DNA of 64,000 bases from an uncultured delta proteobacterium (lineage in GTDB: Bacteria; Desulfobacterota; Desulfobacteria; Desulfobacterales; JAHEIW01). The notes beneath the pieces are model-generated. The model was not told the origin of the DNA, searched no databases, and saw only the letters and a program-made list of their open reading frames with translations. Made by a program: the position numbers and the translations under genes. Positions 58,898-64,000 of this stretch are shown one piece after another. Position 1 is the stretch's first letter. The number at the start of each line of letters is the position of its first letter. The stretch covers positions 23,560 through 87,559 of the forward strand of contig CAVPNL010000011.1 of NCBI GenBank assembly GCA_963706575.1, written 5' to 3'.

Positions 58898-59108
58898 AAG
58901 ATTCAAGGTCAGAGGCTTTAAGGTCGGTTTAATTGGTTTCATTAGTTCAATTGGTTCGATTGGTTGGTGTTGAGGCCTGCGGCTTGTTTCATTGGTTCAA
59001 TTGGCTCTATTAGTTCGATTAGTTTGAGTGGTTATTTCTGAAAGCATGCAACTATAGCGTAGTTAACCAATAAAACCAATCAAACCAATAAAACAAATGA
59101 AACAATTC
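58898..59108. repeat. Family A element
   Basis: ATTGGTTC/AACCAAT arrays with the TGGTTATTTCTGAAA junction also seen at ~20023 and ~33229. Confidence 0.75.
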
Positions 59109-59165
59109 ATAGTAATAAATTAGGTGTTACGCCCAAAACCCCAATCCAATATATAGGTTTGATGT

Positions 59166-61058
59166 ATGCCAAAAAAAATTCTGCTGGTTGACGATGATCG
59201 GGTGCTGTTGAAATTTGCGAGCGGATTGCTGGAAAAGGAAGGCCATGAAGTTGCTACGGCTCAGGACGGGTTTGCAGCGCTGAATCTGCTGACCTCCTTT
59301 TATCCGGATATCATGTTTTTTGACCTGATCATGCCCAAGATCGACGGAGACAAGCTGTGTCAGATCGTCCGCAAAATGCCCCATTTAAAAGACTGCTACC
59401 TGGTGATCCTGTCCGCCGCGGTCGCCGAACTTGACTTCGATTACACCGAAATCGGCGCCGATGCTTACATTGCCAAAGGGCCCTTCGATGTGATGGGCAA
59501 ACATGTGCTGGCGGCCATTGAAACTTCCGAGGTGCCGCGCGAGGACGACGAGCCCAAACCGATTAAGGGCCTCGAAAACGTTTATGCCCGCCAGCTCACC
59601 AAAGAGCTGCTTTCGCGCAACCGTCATCTGGAAACCATCTTAGAGAGCATGTCCGAGGGCATTCTGGAAGTTTTTTCCGGCAAAGTGGTCTACGCCAACG
59701 CCAGCGCGGTTGCCATGTTCGGGATGGACAAAGGCCACCTGCTGGCATCCTATCCGCCGGACTTGTTCGACGGCGAGGTGCGGGATAAGTTAGCTGCGCT
59801 GTTGAAATCAGGGGCCGAAGAGCGCCTTGAGATCGGCACCAGCAACCCGGTTGAGCTCAGCGGCCGGCTGGTGACGATCACCTGCATTCCGGTAAAAGGC
59901 GAACCGCTGACCACCATCCTTTTGATCACCGATGTTACCGAACGCAAGCAATTAGAGCTGCGGCTGCAGCATGTGCAGAAAATGGAGGCCATCGGTACCA
60001 TCGCCGCCGGCGTGGCCCACAATTTCCGCAATACCCTGACCGAGGTGCTGGTAAACACCCAGGTGATCCAGATGAAATATAAGGAAGAATCCGATATTGC
60101 CGAAATCACCGAGCGCATCAGCCAATCGGTAAAACGCGGCGCCGGGCTCGTTGACGGCCTGTTGCAGTTTTCCCGCAAACAGATGGCCAAAGAATTCACC
60201 CGGCTGGATCTGGTCGAAGTGATCAAAGAAACCTATCGGCTGGTTAAAAAATCATTTGATAAGAGAATCGATCTTCAAATCGACGTTCCCGATACGCTGC
60301 CGATTTTAGGAGACTATTCCGGAATAAGCCAGGCCTTGATGAATCTGTGCACCAATGCGCGGGATGCCATGCCAGCCGGCGGGCAGTTGCGCATCCAGGC
60401 CACACGGATCGGCAATCACGCCGAGCTCGTCGTATCGGACAACGGTCAGGGGATGAAGCGCAAAACGATCGAACAATGCTTCGATCCCTTCTTTACCACC
60501 AAACCCATCGGCAAAGGCACCGGCCTGGGGCTTTCAACCACTTACGGAATTGTCAAAAGCCATGAAGGCCTCATTCATATTGAGTCCAAACCCAAAAAAG
60601 GCACGACCATTATTATGACCTTTCCGCTGACGGAAACCGATGCGGCGGTCAAGGAAGCGCCCCGGCCCGCCACTGAGATATCCTACGGCAATGGTGAAAT
60701 CATACTCGTGGTTGATGACGAGAAAGAAATTCTCAAGGCCATGCAGGGCCTGCTCAAAGGCCTGGGGTATCAGTCGGCGATTGCCAGCAGCGGCAAGGAC
60801 GCTATCGAAAAATACGAGGCCTTGAAACCCGAAGTCGTTCTGATGGATATCAACATGCCGGAAATGGACGGGGTCAACTGCGCCGAAAAAATCTTTGATC
60901 TCAATCCGGATGCCAAAATCGCCTTTATTACCGGATATGAAGTCGAGGGGCTGGATGAATTCGGCGACCGCATCAAAGATTCCGTTACAACCTTCCTCAC
61001 CAAACCCGTCGAGCTGGCCGACCTCAGCACCGCCCTTTCCCGCATGCTCCAGAGCTAA
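59166..61058 (+). CDS. Cytoplasmic hybrid histidine kinase (REC, PAS, HisKA, HATPase, REC)
   Basis: ILLVDDD...DLIMP, AGVAHNFRN, NLCTNARDAM, FDPFFTTK..GKGTGLGL, ILVVDDE...KP. Confidence 0.93.
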   Translation: MPKKILLVDDDRVLLKFASGLLEKEGHEVATAQDGFAALNLLTSFYPDIMFFDLIMPKIDGDKLCQIVRKMPHLKDCYLVILSAAVAELDFDYTEIGADAYIAKGPFDVMGKHVLAAIETSEVPREDDEPKPIKGLENVYARQLTKELLSRNRHLETILESMSEGILEVFSGKVVYANASAVAMFGMDKGHLLASYPPDLFDGEVRDKLAALLKSGAEERLEIGTSNPVELSGRLVTITCIPVKGEPLTTILLITDVTERKQLELRLQHVQKMEAIGTIAAGVAHNFRNTLTEVLVNTQVIQMKYKEESDIAEITERISQSVKRGAGLVDGLLQFSRKQMAKEFTRLDLVEVIKETYRLVKKSFDKRIDLQIDVPDTLPILGDYSGISQALMNLCTNARDAMPAGGQLRIQATRIGNHAELVVSDNGQGMKRKTIEQCFDPFFTTKPIGKGTGLGLSTTYGIVKSHEGLIHIESKPKKGTTIIMTFPLTETDAAVKEAPRPATEISYGNGEIILVVDDEKEILKAMQGLLKGLGYQSAIASSGKDAIEKYEALKPEVVLMDINMPEMDGVNCAEKIFDLNPDAKIAFITGYEVEGLDEFGDRIKDSVTTFLTKPVELADLSTALSRMLQS

Positions 61059-61170
61059 CGTTGGTCTTTTAGCCAGCGGACCCACACAGACTTACACGGA
61101 CTATGTTAAAAAATAATTAGCAACGAACGCACACGGGCTTTCAAGCGGGAAAATGAAAACCAATAAAAAT

Positions 61171-61225
61171 GTAGGGTCGGCCTCTGTGCCGACCTCTGAC
61201 TGGCGGGCGCAGAGACCCGCCCTAC
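61171..61225. repeat. GTAG-type REP doublet (REPIN-like)
   Basis: GTAGGGTCGGCCTCTGTGCCGACC ... GGCGGGCGCAGAGACCCGCCCTAC. Confidence 0.8.
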
Positions 61226-61245
61226 TTTTGAATCCCGAACCCTGT

Positions 61246-61692
61246 TTATGGTTCTTCACCTAAAAGCTCCAGGTCTGCTAAATCTTTATGCCGGCCGAGC
61301 GCTCGTTTATTTTTTATATAGCTTTTCTTGCTGATATAGTGGGCATCATGATCACCGAATTTACCTTTCTGACGACCTTCCCATATTTCTTCAGGAGTTA
61401 ATCCAGCGAGAACGCTTATTAGATCAATTCGTACCGGCGGATATCCAAGCTGAATGATATTGCCGGACAAAACATCATCCTCTGAAACATTGAGCTTTCC
61501 AAAACCAAAGTCTCTTAAAGCTTTTAGAAGATTTTTCGCATTTGAAGATGTTGGGCGGATCCAAAAATCGATATCTCCGGTAGCCCTCGGGCAACCAAGA
61601 AAAGCCAGGGCAAAAGAACCGACGATCACGTATTGGACGTGGTTTTTATTTAATGCGGCAACGAAGTCATTGAAATCAGGATGGATTTTCAC
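61246..61692 (-). CDS. Nucleotidyltransferase-fold protein (DUF6036-like)
   Basis: YVIVGSFAL..G.PRATGDIDFW, RIDL, NK.A.GR.KD.ADL. Confidence 0.8.
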   Translation of the reverse strand: MKIHPDFNDFVAALNKNHVQYVIVGSFALAFLGCPRATGDIDFWIRPTSSNAKNLLKALRDFGFGKLNVSEDDVLSGNIIQLGYPPVRIDLISVLAGLTPEEIWEGRQKGKFGDHDAHYISKKSYIKNKRALGRHKDLADLELLGEEP

Positions 61693-61873
61693 CGTCTGGT
61701 TCTCTTATATTGATTTCCATAATGATGGGGGGCAGATGATCATATCCCTGAATAATAAAGCATTGCTCTCTTAGGAATTCGACAGCGCTCAGCCGTTCAT
61801 CCGGAGTTCTTGTTTTCCAGAATTCATGGTCGTTGTTTTCTGCGTCTCTTTTAATAATAGATATTTTCTTCAT
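61676..61873 (-). CDS. Small hypothetical partner protein (65 aa)
   Basis: D.EFW...TPDERL.AVE.LR motif; overlaps the start of the nucleotidyltransferase gene. Confidence 0.65.
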   Translation of the reverse strand: MKKISIIKRDAENNDHEFWKTRTPDERLSAVEFLREQCFIIQGYDHLPPIIMEINIREPDGENPS

Positions 61874-61969
61874 TGTGGCGCTTTACCATAATGGTGTTAA
61901 AATCACACTTCGAATAATATTACAGAATGTCAAACAGTTCAAGAAGTTAAAAGAGAGCCCTTCTGCGGC

Positions 61970-62222
61970 TGGCCTCACACAGACACACATAAATGATTTC
62001 AAGCATTTCTTTAGACAGGATTTACAGGATTCACTGGAAGGTGAGATTTATTTCACACAGAGATCACAGAGACCACAGAGAAAAAAAACTTTAAGTTAAA
62101 AAACACTCTGAGTCCTCTGCGGACTCGAGCGACTTGTTGGGTCGTAGCTCTTAGAGCGAAGCCCAAAGCGGGCGTGAGAAAGTATTAAAATAATCCGAAA
62201 AATCCTGTTAATCCTATCAACA
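61970..62222. repeat. Nested nonamer repeat tract (CAGGATTTA/AATCCTG arms enclosing CACAGAGA/CTCTG arms)
   Basis: TAGACAGGATTTACAGGATT ... CACAGAGATCACAGAGACCACAGAG ... CTCTGAGTCCTCTGCG ... AATCCTGTTAATCCTATC. Confidence 0.75.
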
Positions 62223-63350
62223 AAAATAATTTTGAATAGACCGTACAACCCTCTCCGCTGTTTTGCCGTCCCAGAGTTCAATCTTGCAGGATTGACGCTT
62301 TTTTTCCGAGAGAACCGAATCAACCGCAGCTGCCAAATTGTCCAGATCGCACAAGCGGTTGGTGCCCCGGGTCAGGGTGATCGGTCGCTCGGTGTTGGGC
62401 CGCAGCGTAATGCAGGGGATGCCCAGGTAGGTGGTTTCTTCCTGAATGCCGCCCGAATCCGTCAGCGCGAAGCGGCAGTTGAATACCAGGTTCATGAAGC
62501 GCACGTAGTTCAGGGGATCGAGTAAGATTAATTCTTTTGATTGATCCAACTGCGGAAGGATACCTATTTGATCAGCGCTTTTTCGCGTACGGGGGTGAAT
62601 GGGAAAAACCAGTGGGATTTTTTTTGATAGACGAAATAAAAGATCAAAAAGCTTTGCAAGCTTTTTGGGATCATCGACATTTGAGGGGCGGTGAAGTGTG
62701 ACCATACCAAACTGCTGCGGTTTTAAGCCAAAATCGCTGCAAGCGGCCTGACCCTGAATTTTGTCCCGCAGCATTTCCAGCGAGTCGATCATGATGTTGC
62801 CGACCCGCTGAATCTTTTCCCTGGACACGCCTTCCCGAATCAGATTTTCATCCCCATCCGCAGAAGGTGTCCACAGGATATCGGCCAGGGCATCGGTCAC
62901 CAGCCGGTTGATTTCCTCCGGCATGCTGCGGTCAAAAGACCGCAGCCCGGCTTCTAAATGACCGACGTATGGGCGTCGGTCACGTCCGTGGTCCATGGTT
63001 CGTTGTCCGTTGTATTGGTTGATCTTTGCAGCTGCCATTGTGCAGGCGACGGTGGAGTTGACATCTCCGACCACAACCACCAAATCAGGTTTTCTTTCAA
63101 GTAAAACTTTTTCATAGGCCATCATCACCTGGCCGGTTTGCTCGGCATGCGTGCCGCTGCCGACCCCCAGATGGATGTCGGGCTCGGGCAAACCGAGATC
63201 CTGGAAAAACACATCCGACATATTCAAATCATAATGCTGGCCGGTATGCACAATAACCGGCTCTGCCCACGCCTTGCTTTTCAGGGCATGATATAGTGGC
63301 GCGATTTTCATAAAATTAGGCCGCGCAGCTGCAATAAGGTGTATTTTCAT
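62217..63350 (-). CDS. wecB: UDP-N-acetylglucosamine 2-epimerase (non-hydrolysing)
   Basis: ARPNFMK, HTGQHYD, VVGDVNST, HLEAGLRS.D..MPEEINR, TLHRPSNVD, TDSGGIQEET; start placed at MKIHLI. Confidence 0.95.
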   Translation of the reverse strand: MKIHLIAAARPNFMKIAPLYHALKSKAWAEPVIVHTGQHYDLNMSDVFFQDLGLPEPDIHLGVGSGTHAEQTGQVMMAYEKVLLERKPDLVVVVGDVNSTVACTMAAAKINQYNGQRTMDHGRDRRPYVGHLEAGLRSFDRSMPEEINRLVTDALADILWTPSADGDENLIREGVSREKIQRVGNIMIDSLEMLRDKIQGQAACSDFGLKPQQFGMVTLHRPSNVDDPKKLAKLFDLLFRLSKKIPLVFPIHPRTRKSADQIGILPQLDQSKELILLDPLNYVRFMNLVFNCRFALTDSGGIQEETTYLGIPCITLRPNTERPITLTRGTNRLCDLDNLAAAVDSVLSEKKRQSCKIELWDGKTAERVVRSIQNYFC

Positions 63351-63379
63351 CGTATTTTTGGACATGATGATTTCATTCA

Positions 63380-63845
63380 TTAGACAGGATTTACAGGATT
63401 AGTTGGATTTTCCTTTTGGTCGCTCTCCAGAAGAGAGCGCCCAAACCCCAATCGCCTCCGGCGAATAAAATCGGAAAATATTAATTGGTAATTAAATAAG
63501 CTGGTTTAATTGCGTTAACAAGCGCCGCAAAAGAATTAATATAATAAACCATTTTATTCCGACTGAAAGCGGATTGTGTTTAGGCTTCATCCGGAAAGTG
63601 ACCAAGAAAAAAGAATCTTAGAACCAATAAAACCAATCGAAACTAACGAAACCAAGCTTTTAATCTTCGAACAGTTTAACACAAATTTAGATGAAAAACT
63701 GAGTACAAAAAAAATCCGCCCTAAGGCGGATTGGATTCATTAATTCTGTTAAAGGTCAAATTTCTAGGACAACAAAAATTCATCTTAGACATCCTGCTTG
63801 CCCGCCGAAGCCTTTAAGGCGAAGGCAGGTGACACCTGTCTAAAA
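63380..63845. repeat. Composite repeat tract bounded by TAGACAGG / CCTGTCTA with REP-like palindromes inside
   Basis: TTAGACAGGATTTACAGGATT at ~63380, CCTGTCTAA at ~63835; inside are AACCAAT units, AATCCGCCCTAAGGCGGATT and CCGCCGAAGCCTTTAAGGCGAAGGC. Confidence 0.65.
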
Positions 63846-63863
63846 CACCTGATTAGATCTGAT

Positions 63864-64000
63864 CTACTTTTTCTTCCTGGCGAGCATATCCGTTACGTGT
63901 TTATCGAGCTCGGCCAGTTCAAAGGGCTTTTCCAGCACCAGGTCGGCATCCGCTTCGGTTGCCAGTGCTTCCGGGTGCTCACCCCAGCCGGTGATGGCAA
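63864..64000 (-). CDS. Response regulator receiver domain, C-terminal fragment (truncated by the window edge)
   Basis: Hand translation AITGWGEHPEALATEADADLVLEKPFELAELDKHVTDMLARKKK* shows the conserved T and KPF of a receiver. Confidence 0.8.
   Translation of the reverse strand, partial: AITGWGEHPEALATEADADLVLEKPFELAELDKHVTDMLARKKK

Noticed and set aside
940..63845. Short repeat arrays as CRISPR arrays
   Set aside because: Units are 7-10 bp, degenerate and adjacent, with no unique 30-40 bp spacers; no cas genes are present.

Overview
64 kb of chromosomal DNA from an anaerobic deltaproteobacterium; the gene content is typical of Desulfobacterales-type sulfate reducers (inferred, not searched). 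It carries housekeeping genes (mnmG, DnaJ/CbpA, ddl, purE, a divergent purD, tsaC, wecB, tRNA-Met and tRNA-Leu), a protealysin-emfourin pair, an Orange-protein-like NifB/NifX plus Fe-S ATPase operon, an Fe-S/CCG oxidoreductase with an in-frame UGA and SECIS-like hairpin (probable selenoprotein), a type IV pilus/MSHA-like cluster (PilMN fusion, PilO, PilP-like, PilQ, ExeA-like, PilB, PilC, two pilins) with two sigma54 activators and several predicted c-di-GMP receptors, three hybrid histidine kinases and a nucleotidyltransferase/small-protein pair. Two ATPase genes each contain a single-base frameshift. The most striking non-gene feature is that most intergenic spaces hold dispersed, inverted, often nested elements built from 7-10 bp tandem units. 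Three of them still carry a decayed 5' end resembling a four-helix-bundle (23S rRNA intervening-sequence-type) gene, which suggests a cassette-like mobile system that leaves repeat scars. No CRISPR array, rRNA, integrase or transposase was seen. Repeat coordinates are approximate (read by eye).
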